Source: Myxococcota bacterium
Lineage (GTDB): Bacteria > Myxococcota_A > Polyangia > Polyangiales > Houyiibacteriaceae
DNA: 64,000 nt
Reading direction: 5' to 3'
Assembly: GCA_039030515.1 (NCBI GenBank)
Contig: JBCCEA010000021.1
Location: forward strand, 1-64,000
Shown here: one piece after another, positions 19,367-29,131 of the stretch
Layout of the letters: each line of letters opens with the position of its first letter
Numbering within the stretch: position 1 is the stretch's first letter
Notes under the pieces: model-generated
Seen by the model: the letters and a program-made list of their open reading frames with translations, nothing else
What the model was told of the DNA's origin: nothing
The model's database searches: none
Position numbers and translations under genes: made by a program

Positions 19367-21142
19367 ATGGATGATTCGACAAGACAGGTTTTATCCCTGA
19401 CGGGAATCGCACTCTTGACGGCGGGTGCGTTCTTTCTGTTCCAACAAACACAGACGCAGACAGCGAACACGGATGTTCGCCCGCCAGGTGAACAAGAGCG
19501 GTCCTCCGCATCGTTGAAAACGACCTCCGGTCCGGGAGCGCACGCGACATCGAGAAGGGCGCCGGATCGCTCGCTTGCTTCTGGCAAAACGCTGAGCATT
19601 CAAACTGAACATTTCACCGCCAACTTCAGCACGCTCAATGGAGGTCTAACCAGCTTTCGCATCAAGGGTGCGCGTTACGAAAACAGGAACCAACCCCACG
19701 AGATGGTGACGACCGACAGAGAGGCTTATCTCCCCGCGCAGCTGAAAGTCTCCTCATTTCCTCCTGACATCACCTGGTCTGGTCGGAAGCTCGACGCTCG
19801 CACCCTGGAATTTCGAGCCAAAGCTGCATCGATCGAAGCAGTGCGTCGAATCTCGGTTGGAGAAAGCAAATACCAGCTTTGGTCCACGGTATCGATCCGC
19901 AATCACGGCTCGGTTCCTGCACCAGTTCAATTGCAAACTGCAACTTTTAATTACGTGGCGCGCGACTCCGAAGGTGGCGGCTTTCTCGCCCGACCAAGCC
20001 CCGAACTAGGGCACGCCGTTCTTCGATTTGACGAGGAAACCCGCCGCGAGGATCGTGAATCTCTCCGCGAGCGCCAGGCTTACGGACCAAGAGTGAAGTT
20101 CTGTGGGGTGGAAAACGCATACTTTGCGATGGTCTCTGCCCCGGACGGTATCGATGCAGAGCGATGCCGCGTATGGCAGACCGAACGCGGTGGGACCCTG
20201 GAGCAACCTCACGGAAGCCTCTTTGAAGCCTGGCTCACGTATCCCACCCTGACCGTCGAGGCCGGTCAGTCGCAGCAGTTACGAACGACGTATTATATCG
20301 GACCCAAAGACATCGATGCGATTCGAACGGCTGGCCATGAATTGCATGACGTAGTGGATTTCGGTTGGTTTGACTTCATTGCGGAATGGCTGGTTCTGTT
20401 CCTCAGGTGGATTTTCGAAATCGTAGGTAACTGGGGCGTTGCCATCATCGTGATGACGCTGATCGTTAAGTTGGCTCTTTACCCGCTTACGGAGCAGTCA
20501 TTTCAATCTATGGCGAAAATGCGGCTGCTGAAGCCTGAGCTCGATCGCATCAACGAGCTTTATGGAGACGACCGCGAAAAAAAGAGCGCCGCGATGATGG
20601 AGCTCTATCGCAAGCAAAAGATCAATCCCCTAGGAGGTTGTCTCCCGACGCTACTCCAAATGCCTGTATGGTTCGCGCTCTATCAGTCTCTTTCTACGAA
20701 TGTCGAACTGTACCACGCTGAATTTGCACTCTGGTGGACCGATCTATCGGCTCCTGATCCATTTTATGTCTTGCCTATTTTGCTGGGCGGGCTGATGTTC
20801 GCCCAACAACAAATCACTCCGACCACCATGGACCCCATGCAGGCAAAGGTCATAAAGTACTTTATGCCGCTCATGATCACCTCCTTCATGCTGTTCTTAC
20901 CGGCCGGACTGTGTCTTTATATGGTCACCAATTCTACGCTGGGAATCGCTCAGCAACGATGGATTCACCATCGACTCGACAAGGCTGCTGCCGAAAAAGG
21001 CACTTCTGCCGAACACGACGAAGCAGCAGCTACCACCTCTATAGATTCTACCACCTCTATAGAAAAGCATCATTCGCGCGTACCCAACTCATCAAAACCG
21101 AAGTCGCGCGCAAAGCGGAGGAAAAGCCGTGGGAGAGCGTAA
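19367..21142 (+). CDS. yidC: Membrane protein insertase
   Basis: YIGPK, VDFGWF, GNWGVAII, NPLGGCLP.LLQMPVWFALY, DLSAPDP.YVLP, PAGLCLY; 18-bp duplication at 21031-21065. Confidence 0.96.
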   Translation: MDDSTRQVLSLTGIALLTAGAFFLFQQTQTQTANTDVRPPGEQERSSASLKTTSGPGAHATSRRAPDRSLASGKTLSIQTEHFTANFSTLNGGLTSFRIKGARYENRNQPHEMVTTDREAYLPAQLKVSSFPPDITWSGRKLDARTLEFRAKAASIEAVRRISVGESKYQLWSTVSIRNHGSVPAPVQLQTATFNYVARDSEGGGFLARPSPELGHAVLRFDEETRREDRESLRERQAYGPRVKFCGVENAYFAMVSAPDGIDAERCRVWQTERGGTLEQPHGSLFEAWLTYPTLTVEAGQSQQLRTTYYIGPKDIDAIRTAGHELHDVVDFGWFDFIAEWLVLFLRWIFEIVGNWGVAIIVMTLIVKLALYPLTEQSFQSMAKMRLLKPELDRINELYGDDREKKSAAMMELYRKQKINPLGGCLPTLLQMPVWFALYQSLSTNVELYHAEFALWWTDLSAPDPFYVLPILLGGLMFAQQQITPTTMDPMQAKVIKYFMPLMITSFMLFLPAGLCLYMVTNSTLGIAQQRWIHHRLDKAAAEKGTSAEHDEAAATTSIDSTTSIEKHHSRVPNSSKPKSRAKRRKSRGRA

Positions 21143-21710
21143 ACAAACGCCGCCTCAAGACGGTGCATTGTTCATCGAAGGCGACGATGTCCCTATCCTA
21201 GATGAAGATCCCGAAATCGATCCGGAACCGGGAGAACCCGGGGACGGCAAAGCAGAACTTGCAGCCGATGTGCTTCAGGACATCCTGGACCGCATGGATC
21301 TGGAGGCAGACGTCACTATTCGAGACGACGACGAACGTGTCGTACTCGACGTGGCGGGTCCAGATGCAGGGCGAGCCATCGGAAAAAAGGGTCAGACCTT
21401 AGATGCACTGCAGTTCCTCATCAACAAGATCTGCAATCGCTTTCCGGAAGGACGGCGGCATATCATTGTGGACTCGGGTGATTATCGAGACCGTCACGAC
21501 CGAAACCTGGTCTCTCGAGCAAAGCGGGAAGCGAAAAAGGCCGTGCATGAGGGCAAAGTAGTCACCCTCGAGCCGATGAGCGCACGCGACCGCCGAGTAA
21601 TCCATCTTTCACTAGCCAAATTCGAGGGCGTAGAAACCTGCTCTCAAGGTGAAGGAACACGACGTCGGATCCAGATCATTCCTCAAAGAGTTGTTCGACG
21701 GCGACGTTAG
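21129..21710 (+). CDS. jag: KH + R3H RNA-binding protein Jag/KhpB
   Basis: IGKKGQTLDALQFL (KH), LEPMSARDRRVIH (R3H); follows yidC. Confidence 0.92.
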   Translation: MGERKQTPPQDGALFIEGDDVPILDEDPEIDPEPGEPGDGKAELAADVLQDILDRMDLEADVTIRDDDERVVLDVAGPDAGRAIGKKGQTLDALQFLINKICNRFPEGRRHIIVDSGDYRDRHDRNLVSRAKREAKKAVHEGKVVTLEPMSARDRRVIHLSLAKFEGVETCSQGEGTRRRIQIIPQRVVRRRR

Positions 21711-21736
21711 ACTTCTGGCGAGGCGAGTGGAGCGAA

Positions 21737-22399
21737 TCAATCCGCCTCATCTCTGCAATATACCCCCATGGCCCGTGGGATCTGAGTGCTTGGAATCGAG
21801 TAGTCATGCATCATGCGACGTCGAAACCCTTCGGGCGCTGGTGGCAGAGGAGCTCCAGCCGTGAATACGATTACGGAACTTGCGAGCGTCCTGCCTATGG
21901 AGAGCCAACGCTCCGGGGAGAAGGTTGCCCGGGAGAGCGCTGAATCAAATCGTAGAGCAGAGGGCGAAGTACCCGCAGTAGGGTCTTCGCCAACTCGGCC
22001 TTCTTCGATGACCACCCTTTCGCGAAGCCCAAGAGTACCGACGAGCAACCGCATGAACGCGATTCGTTTCCTTCTCGGTTCGATCAGATGGGCTTTCACA
22101 GAGGGGTCGATCACACAATAGGGGATGGTAGGTGCGCCAGCTCCAGCACCTACATCGACCAGCCGACTGCTCGCCTCGACGGCGCCGGAAGCTCTGAGTG
22201 CAAAAGCATCTCCAAAGGTGACCTCTACGAGGGCTCGGGCAGTCTTTGCAGAGGTGAGATCGGTTCGACGACGCCACTCGGCAGTAAGCGAGGCGATCGA
22301 ATACAGATCACGAAGTGTCGACGGCTCTAGCGCGAGGCCATGCACCGATGCGAGGTCGTCGATGCAGCCTTCCAGCTCTTTATCCGATATGTTCTTCAT
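21737..22399 (-). CDS. rsmG: 16S rRNA m7G527 methyltransferase (divergent)
   Basis: W...TDLTS, DVGAGAGAP, LIEPRRKRIAF, SRA motifs. Confidence 0.8.
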   Translation of the reverse strand: MKNISDKELEGCIDDLASVHGLALEPSTLRDLYSIASLTAEWRRRTDLTSAKTARALVEVTFGDAFALRASGAVEASSRLVDVGAGAGAPTIPYCVIDPSVKAHLIEPRRKRIAFMRLLVGTLGLRERVVIEEGRVGEDPTAGTSPSALRFDSALSRATFSPERWLSIGRTLASSVIVFTAGAPLPPAPEGFRRRMMHDYSIPSTQIPRAMGVYCRDEAD

Positions 22400-22621
22400 G
22401 ACCAGACCTATTCCCCCGCTCTCAACCCAAAACACGGCCTTCTCGGAGACCTGAATCTAACTAGCACGGTAAAATTGAACAAAAGGTAAAGTCGATTGAG
22501 TCATCGTCGTTTCTTTTTTCGAGGTATCTGGGTGACGGCAGTGCTTGAACTTCAAGCCGGCGATGGAGTCAAATGGATCCCTATGCGGATGCAAAAGGGT
22601 TCGCGGAAGGAGTCTTGTTGG

Positions 22622-23305
22622 ATGTCACGATTCTCTTTGCACTGCTGGGCTTTGGTGCTCGCGATGCTGTGTACGACCGGTTGCGTCAATCACGGCACAC
22701 GAAACCACACGACCGCTTACGAAGGTGATTTGGCGACTACTCCGAGGCTCGAGTCCTTGCCGCAGCCTGACCTGGAACTCGCAAAAATGAGCGACCGAAT
22801 GCGCTTTGCGTTCAGTCTTGCCGAGGAGTCTTTCGAGATCCGTCACCCGACGCTACCCGGTCCTAGCAATATGAAAGACTTGCAGGACTGGGCTTCAAAG
22901 GAGCTCGAACCTTGGTTGCGACGCAAAAACGAACGGGTTGAAGCCGCTCGAGCTGAGTTGGATCTTGCCGCAAGCGAGTCACACCGAGAGCGTATTTTGG
23001 CTGGCGCACTCGTCGGTCTACTTTATGAGGATGTCGCTCGCGTTCTACTGAACGTTCCCACCCCGATCGACTTGCTCGATGAACCGGAAATTGCACAGAT
23101 TTACCGAGAGATCATCGACTTTCAGGCGAGACCCTATCTCGAGCATGCTTTTCGAGCGTACCGCGCCTGCGCCCTGAACGCGGTGGAACCTTTGGGGATG
23201 AGACATTTTTCGAGTTTCTGCCGAGCCCGAGCGGTGGCTCTACCGCGAGACGATGGGGCGGTGAACTCCGACGAATTCATCTTTGTGCACAGCAGTTCGA
23301 AATAA
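22622..23305 (+). CDS. Hypothetical helical lipoprotein
   Basis: AAGGAG RBS, signal peptide ending TTGC, helical body; no family recognised. Confidence 0.6.
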   Translation: MSRFSLHCWALVLAMLCTTGCVNHGTRNHTTAYEGDLATTPRLESLPQPDLELAKMSDRMRFAFSLAEESFEIRHPTLPGPSNMKDLQDWASKELEPWLRRKNERVEAARAELDLAASESHRERILAGALVGLLYEDVARVLLNVPTPIDLLDEPEIAQIYREIIDFQARPYLEHAFRAYRACALNAVEPLGMRHFSSFCRARAVALPRDDGAVNSDEFIFVHSSSK

Positions 23306-23517
23306 GGCGCAAACGCAGGGAAAACAGGTTCCGAAGCGAGCCTGGGGAAGTTCGTAACGCACTCAATTTTCGATCTTGCCATCACGTCGCGGGTCACTAA
23401 ACTGGCGCTTGACTGATGAGGCGGGTACTTCATCCGATGATGCTCGCAGCGATTACCTCCTGCTCCGCACGATCGCTTTGCTCCGAACGACTGGTGGTTT
23501 GTTTCGGGACACTGCTC

Positions 23518-23600
23518 CGTTTGGAAGACTTGCTCGTTTGGGAGACTTGCTCGTTTGGGAGACTTGCTCGTTTGGGAGACTTGCTCGTTTGGGAGACTTG
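23518..23600. repeat. 17-bp VNTR, about 5 copies, upstream of the dsbA-like gene
   Basis: CGTTTGGGAGACTTGCT at 23518 (one mismatch), 23535, 23552, 23569, 23586 (partial). Confidence 0.95.
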
Positions 23601-23700
23601 GAGCACGACCAGATCCGGTTCGGCGCTGAGGGCGGCACCGTATGAAGGGAAAGCCCTACTTTTAGGCCCCGCGAATTTGGGGGGCGAAAGGTAAATCGAA

Positions 23701-25740
23701 ATGAATAAAGGAACGGCCATCGTCGCGATACTGATCGCTTTCGTGGGCGGGCTCGCCATCGGGAATTTGCTGGGCTCGAGCAACAGCCCAGAGGATGTAT
23801 CGATCGTCGAAGCACGTCTCGATGACAACAACAGGGCCGCAGGAGGCACTGAAGCCACCGAGATTACGCGTTACCGAGTCCCGGTTACGGACGGACAACC
23901 CTCGAAGGGCCCGAAAAACGCACTGGTCACCGTTGTAGAGTTCAGTGAATTCGAGTGCCCGTTCTGCAAACGCGTGCTGCCGACGACCTCGCGAGTGATT
24001 CAAGAGTACGGCGATCGAGTTCGGGTCGTGTGGAGGAACAACCCACTGCCGTTCCACCAGAACGCACGACCGGCCGCCACGGCTGCGATGGAGGCATTTG
24101 CTCAGGGAGGCGCAGATAAGTTCTGGGCCATGCACGACAAGCTCTTCGAGAACCAGAGAGCGCTCAGTCGCGAAGACTTGGAACGCTACGGAACGCAGCT
24201 GGGTCTGGACATGGCTCGCTTTCGGCAGGCGCTGGACAACAACACGCACAACGCCAAGATTCAACAGGATCAGCAACTCGCTGCCCAGCTCGGCGCTAGA
24301 GGGACACCCGCATTCTTCATCAACGGTGTGCAGCTCATGGGAGCGCAACCCTTTGAGCGGTTCAAGGAAGTCATCGATCGGGAGCTCGCCCACGCAGAGC
24401 AGCTCGTGCAGTCAGGCACGCCTCGCGATCGTCTCTATGCGAACTTGATCCAAAACGGCCGCACGACGCCGGCTCCTGCAAAGGCCGCAAAAAACAAGGC
24501 GCCCTCTGCCCGACGGCAGCCCGATCCGGCCGCGGTGTACAAGGTCGAACTGGCAGGAAACCATCCGCAAAAAGGACCCGACGATGCGCTAGTCACGATC
24601 ATCGAGGTCAGCGATTTTGAATGCCCATTTTGTTCTCGGGTGCTTCCGACCGTATCCCAGGTATTCGAAGAGTACGGCAACGATGTTCGGGTCATGTGGT
24701 TTCACAACCCGCTTCCTTTCCATCGCAACGCCCCCCTCGCCCACCGGGCGTCGATCGAGGTATTTGAGCAAGCTGGAGATGAAAAGTTCTGGGCCTATCA
24801 TGACAAACTCTTCGAAAACCAACGTGCCCTGCAGAGAGAAGACCTAGAGGGTTACGCCCAGGCGCTTGGTGGGATCAATATGGGTCGGTTCCGAGCTGCC
24901 CTTGATGGTGAGAAGCATCAGGAAACGATCACCAAAGATCAGAGCGTCGCCCGACGCTTCGGTGCCACAGGCACCCCTTCCTTTTTCATCAACGGTCGAA
25001 ACCTGCGAGGCGCTCAGCCCTTTGCCGCATTCAAGCGCGTAATCGATGAGGAACTCGAACGAGCCCGAGCCTTGGTCCGCAGCGGCACACCTCGAAGTCA
25101 GGTCTATGCCGCCGCGATTCGGGAGGGTGCTACGTCTCCTCAGTATCTCGAGGCACCGGGGCAGCAAGCTCCAGAACGCAACGCCCCAGATCCCGATCAG
25201 CGCTACGAAATTCCGCTGCCGGCCAAGGCGCCCTCGGCAGGTGGAGCGAACGCGAAGGTCGTTATTCAGGAGTTCAGCGACTTCCAATGCCCGTTCTGTT
25301 CGCGAGTGCTGCCCACGTTGAACCAGGTAAAAGAACGCTTCGGAAACCGCGTCCGGATCATCTGGAGAAACTACCCCTTGCCGTTCCACTCAGAGGCGCA
25401 TTTGGCCGCCCAAGCTTCACTCGAGGTGTTTCGACAGGGAGGGAGCGGAACGTTCTGGAAGTTCCACGACAAACTTTTCGAAAATCAGCGGGAGCTGCAA
25501 CGGCCTAAGCTGGAGGAATACGCTGCAGGACTCGGCGGCATCAATATGGCGGAGTTCCGAGCAGCACTCGACAGCGAACGACACAAGGCTGCGGTCGATG
25601 CCGATATTGCCGCAGTGCGGGAAGCCGGAGCCAGGATCGGCACCCCTTCCTTCTTCATCAATGGAAAACTACTGCAGGGAGCACAGCCTTTCACGGCGTT
25701 TGAAAGCGCGATAAACGAAGCGCTAGAAAAGGTCAACTAA
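23701..25740 (+). CDS. DsbA/thioredoxin-family protein with three tandem catalytic domains
   Basis: Three F(E/Q)CPFC motifs, each followed by PLPFH and GTP.FFING....GAQPF; N-terminal anchor. Confidence 0.93.
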   Translation: MNKGTAIVAILIAFVGGLAIGNLLGSSNSPEDVSIVEARLDDNNRAAGGTEATEITRYRVPVTDGQPSKGPKNALVTVVEFSEFECPFCKRVLPTTSRVIQEYGDRVRVVWRNNPLPFHQNARPAATAAMEAFAQGGADKFWAMHDKLFENQRALSREDLERYGTQLGLDMARFRQALDNNTHNAKIQQDQQLAAQLGARGTPAFFINGVQLMGAQPFERFKEVIDRELAHAEQLVQSGTPRDRLYANLIQNGRTTPAPAKAAKNKAPSARRQPDPAAVYKVELAGNHPQKGPDDALVTIIEVSDFECPFCSRVLPTVSQVFEEYGNDVRVMWFHNPLPFHRNAPLAHRASIEVFEQAGDEKFWAYHDKLFENQRALQREDLEGYAQALGGINMGRFRAALDGEKHQETITKDQSVARRFGATGTPSFFINGRNLRGAQPFAAFKRVIDEELERARALVRSGTPRSQVYAAAIREGATSPQYLEAPGQQAPERNAPDPDQRYEIPLPAKAPSAGGANAKVVIQEFSDFQCPFCSRVLPTLNQVKERFGNRVRIIWRNYPLPFHSEAHLAAQASLEVFRQGGSGTFWKFHDKLFENQRELQRPKLEEYAAGLGGINMAEFRAALDSERHKAAVDADIAAVREAGARIGTPSFFINGKLLQGAQPFTAFESAINEALEKVN

Positions 25741-25811
25741 GCTAGCAGACGGAAATGGCTAGCGAATCTGCTGCCGTCCCATCGCGATCCGATACGGTCA
25801 CTGTGTCATTC

Positions 25812-25847
25812 AAAGGGGCTACGCCGACATCGCGTGGCCCCTTTTTT
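25812..25847 (+). terminator. Intrinsic terminator after the triple-DsbA gene
   Basis: AAAGGGGCTACGC-cgacatc-GCGTGGCCCCTTTTTT hairpin and U-tract. Confidence 0.75.
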
Positions 25848-25931
25848 ATGATCACCGAAAAAGAACTTTGATCGAGAAACACCCCTCAAATGTGGGTTGG
25901 TCTAGAGAAACGAAGGCTCCATGATCGGAAG

Positions 25932-27671
25932 ATGTCGGAATTTCGAGGGCGAACGAACTCACTAGTTCCGACGGGGGAGTCGGAGGACGACTTCAGCCTG
26001 TCGCGCTTGCGCTGGATCATTCGCCTCCGCTGGTATGCGATGCTTGGTGTCGTTTTTGCCGCGGGGGCCGCGATGATTGGACTCGTCCCCGGACTTGCAT
26101 GGCCCGTCATGTTGCTGACGGCAGCTTGCGGAAGCTTCTACAACTTCTTGCTTTGGCGCAGCCACCAAAGCCCGGCTGCACCGACGGGATGGCGAGCCGC
26201 CATGACCCAAGCCCTTATGGATCTCGTCATGTTGACGATCGTCCTTTGGGCAGCAGGAGGCGTGTCCTCTCCCTTTGTCGGATACTATGTATTCCACGTC
26301 GCCCTTGCGGGAATCTTGGGAGGCCCTCGCGCTACTGCGATCGCCGCAGGGATGAGCTTGTTCTTCGCTGGGCTGCTCGCTCTCGTGGAATGGGTTCCAC
26401 CGGTTCAGATTGGAATTTGGAACCCAACACCCCCTTGGGATGCGCTCACCACCGGAGGGGCATTTGCCACAACGGTGATCGCGGTGGCTTATCTTGTAAC
26501 CCACACGATGAGGGAGTTGCGCGACCGAGAGCGCGAGCTGTCCCGTGCCGGAGACCGCGCTGCGCTGGAGTACCAGCTCTTGTCCAATACACTCGACGAA
26601 CTCGATGCAGGCCTAGAGGTAGTGGACGAGCATGGCGTGGTGATGTGGAGAAACAAGCGAGCAGAGGAGCTCGCGCCTTCATCGGCAGCGGTGGGCTCTG
26701 AATGGACGTGCCCCGGCAAAGTACGACCGTGCGAAAACGATGCAGCGGGAATCTGCCCAGTCCTCGGCGCACGCAGCGACGGGACGTCCGGACGCTGTAG
26801 GTTCGCCGTTTCCGAACGCAACCAAGAACGCGTATACGAAATGATGGTCTTCCCCCTGGCAACCCAGCTTGGCAAGGATCCTCGGACGATGAATCTCTAC
26901 GTCGACCGCACCCAGGCCACGCTAGCAGAGCGTAACTTGATGATCGCGGAGAGGCTGGCAAGCCTTGGCAGGATAGCTCAGGGCGTAGCTCATGAGTTAA
27001 ACACACCACTTGCAACCATTCGCACACTTGCAACCGACATGCGCGAAGCCTTAAAGGCCTTCAGAGATCCTCGGGGAGCAGGCGACCTAGACGAATCGGC
27101 CGCGTTGATTCAGGACGAAACCCGCCGACTCGCTCGAATCACCCATGCACTCCTCGCGGGAGGAGATCTCGCCAGGGGCCGGATTGAGGGATCGGTCTCG
27201 CTGGTGGCCGTAGTCGAGAGAGCGCGGGCGCTCGTGTTTGCCGGACTTCGAAAAGGCCCTGAAATTCTCGTCTCACCCACCCTATCCGATGTCGAAGTGC
27301 TCGCCGACTCGGACCGCCTGGTCCAGGTCTTGGTCAATCTGCTTCAAAACGCCACCGATGCCGTTCGGGACCAGGGACAGTCACGCATCCAAATCGATTT
27401 GGATCATCGTGACGATCGAGTGGATCTTCTCGTCGAAGACGATGGACCGGGGATCGCACCGTCCATGGACGCACGACTGTTTGAACCTTTTGCGACGACA
27501 AAGCCCCCGGGCGAAGGAACCGGGCTGGGACTCTACACGTCCTACATGCTCGTCGAAGCGATGGGAGGCCGGCTCTCATTAGAACCGGTCGAACCGCACG
27601 GAACCCGGGCTCGAGTCTCCCTCACTCGGGCGGCAAGAGGATGTCCGTTCCCGGAGACCCATCATGCGTGA
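25932..27671 (+). CDS. Membrane sensor histidine kinase, RegB/PrrB-like
   Basis: About 6 TM helices with LRW start and GGVSSPF loop; AHELNTPLATI H-box; NLLQNA, DDGPG, GTGLGL. Confidence 0.9.
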   Translation: MSEFRGRTNSLVPTGESEDDFSLSRLRWIIRLRWYAMLGVVFAAGAAMIGLVPGLAWPVMLLTAACGSFYNFLLWRSHQSPAAPTGWRAAMTQALMDLVMLTIVLWAAGGVSSPFVGYYVFHVALAGILGGPRATAIAAGMSLFFAGLLALVEWVPPVQIGIWNPTPPWDALTTGGAFATTVIAVAYLVTHTMRELRDRERELSRAGDRAALEYQLLSNTLDELDAGLEVVDEHGVVMWRNKRAEELAPSSAAVGSEWTCPGKVRPCENDAAGICPVLGARSDGTSGRCRFAVSERNQERVYEMMVFPLATQLGKDPRTMNLYVDRTQATLAERNLMIAERLASLGRIAQGVAHELNTPLATIRTLATDMREALKAFRDPRGAGDLDESAALIQDETRRLARITHALLAGGDLARGRIEGSVSLVAVVERARALVFAGLRKGPEILVSPTLSDVEVLADSDRLVQVLVNLLQNATDAVRDQGQSRIQIDLDHRDDRVDLLVEDDGPGIAPSMDARLFEPFATTKPPGEGTGLGLYTSYMLVEAMGGRLSLEPVEPHGTRARVSLTRAARGCPFPETHHA

Positions 27672-29034
27672 GCGCATTCTTGTGATCGATGACGATGGAG
27701 CGTTTCGGTTTGCGATGCGCAAGGCGCTCAGCCGACTCGACTACGAGGTGCTCGAAGCTGAGGGCGGAAAAGAGGCCCTGAGTTGCCTGCGCAGAGACGT
27801 ACCGCCCGATATTGCGCTGCTCGACCTGAGCATGAAAGACATGAACGGCCTTGAGGTGCTCAAGCGCCGAGGGGCCTGCCCGACGCCGATTATCGTGCTC
27901 ACCGGCCACGGAACTGTAGACGCCGCTGTCGAAGCCATGCGGCTCGGCGCGTTCTCATTTCTGGAAAAACCGGTAGATGCAGCGATACTGGCGCCGCTTC
28001 TCAAGCGGGCACTCGCCGAGACCGCGCGCACGGCATCGATAGGCTCAGAATCGACAACCCCTGATCTCGTGGGAACAAGCCCGTCGATGACCGAACTAAA
28101 AGCATTCATCAAGCGAATAGCTCCAACTGATGAGACCGTCACCATCTACGGAGAGACAGGCACCGGTAAGGAAGTCGTTGCCCGTCAGATTCACTGGCAA
28201 AGCGAACGTCGGAACAAGCCTTTTGTGGCGCTAAATGCAGCGTGCGTCCCACGCGATCTCTTTGAGAGTGAGCTCTTCGGCCACCGCAAGGGAGCGTTCA
28301 CTGGAGCATCGGCCGACCACAAGGGCCTTTTTGTTGAGGCCGACAAGGGCACCTTGTTCATCGACGAGCTCGCCGAGCTACCTCTCGACAGCCAAGCAAA
28401 GCTCCTTCGAGCTCTTGAGACACGATGCGTTCGGCCTCTGGGCGCCAACAAGGAGGTGTCCGTGGACGTTCGCATCGTTGCCGCCACCAACCGACTGCTC
28501 TGGCGGGAGGTCAACGAAAAGCGCTTTCGGGAAGACCTGTACTTTCGGCTCCAGGTATTTCCGGTGGTCGTGCCACCGCTGCGAGAACGTCTTTCTGATC
28601 TCAGCGACCTATGCCGTCACTTGCTCGATCGGTTGGGTCATCCAGACATCGACCTGGAGCCTGAGGCAGAGCCGGCACTGACCAGTTACGGCTGGCCAGG
28701 CAACGTCAGAGAACTTCTCAATGTCCTGCGTCGTTCTGCGTTGTTCGCAGATTCGGGCACTGTCGGTCACGAACTGATACGCCGAATGGTCGCGGCTTCC
28801 GTGTTTGGACGAACCGGAGTGCCGCAACAGCAGAAGGGCCGAGTCGGTGAGCGGTCGCTAAGCGATAGAGCCAGCGAAGCGATTGAAGCGGAAAGCCTGG
28901 CGGACGTCGAGCGTGCCCACATCGAGCGAACGCTACAGCGTTTCGGGGGCAACATCACTCGAACTGCAGCGGCGTTGAAGATTGACCGTCGAACGCTGCA
29001 GCGAAAACTACGCGATATGGGTGATCTCGAATAG
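27664..29034 (+). CDS. Sigma54-dependent response regulator (NtrC family)
   Basis: Receiver domain; GETGTGKE, GAFTGA, LFIDE, FREDLYFRL, WPGNVREL; Fis-type HTH. Confidence 0.95.
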   Translation: MRERILVIDDDGAFRFAMRKALSRLDYEVLEAEGGKEALSCLRRDVPPDIALLDLSMKDMNGLEVLKRRGACPTPIIVLTGHGTVDAAVEAMRLGAFSFLEKPVDAAILAPLLKRALAETARTASIGSESTTPDLVGTSPSMTELKAFIKRIAPTDETVTIYGETGTGKEVVARQIHWQSERRNKPFVALNAACVPRDLFESELFGHRKGAFTGASADHKGLFVEADKGTLFIDELAELPLDSQAKLLRALETRCVRPLGANKEVSVDVRIVAATNRLLWREVNEKRFREDLYFRLQVFPVVVPPLRERLSDLSDLCRHLLDRLGHPDIDLEPEAEPALTSYGWPGNVRELLNVLRRSALFADSGTVGHELIRRMVAASVFGRTGVPQQQKGRVGERSLSDRASEAIEAESLADVERAHIERTLQRFGGNITRTAAALKIDRRTLQRKLRDMGDLE

Positions 29035-29084
29035 GGCCGGGCTTTCTCGAATAGAGCTGGGCTTTCTCGAATAGAGCCGGGCTT
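29025..29084. repeat. 20-bp tandem repeat x3 spanning the regulator stop codon
   Basis: TCTCGAATAGRGCYGGGCTT at 29025, 29045, 29065. Confidence 0.9.
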
Positions 29085-29131
29085 CGTACAAGCGCCTAAG
29101 GTCGAGACTTTCTACAGAGGCCTAAGTCTAC

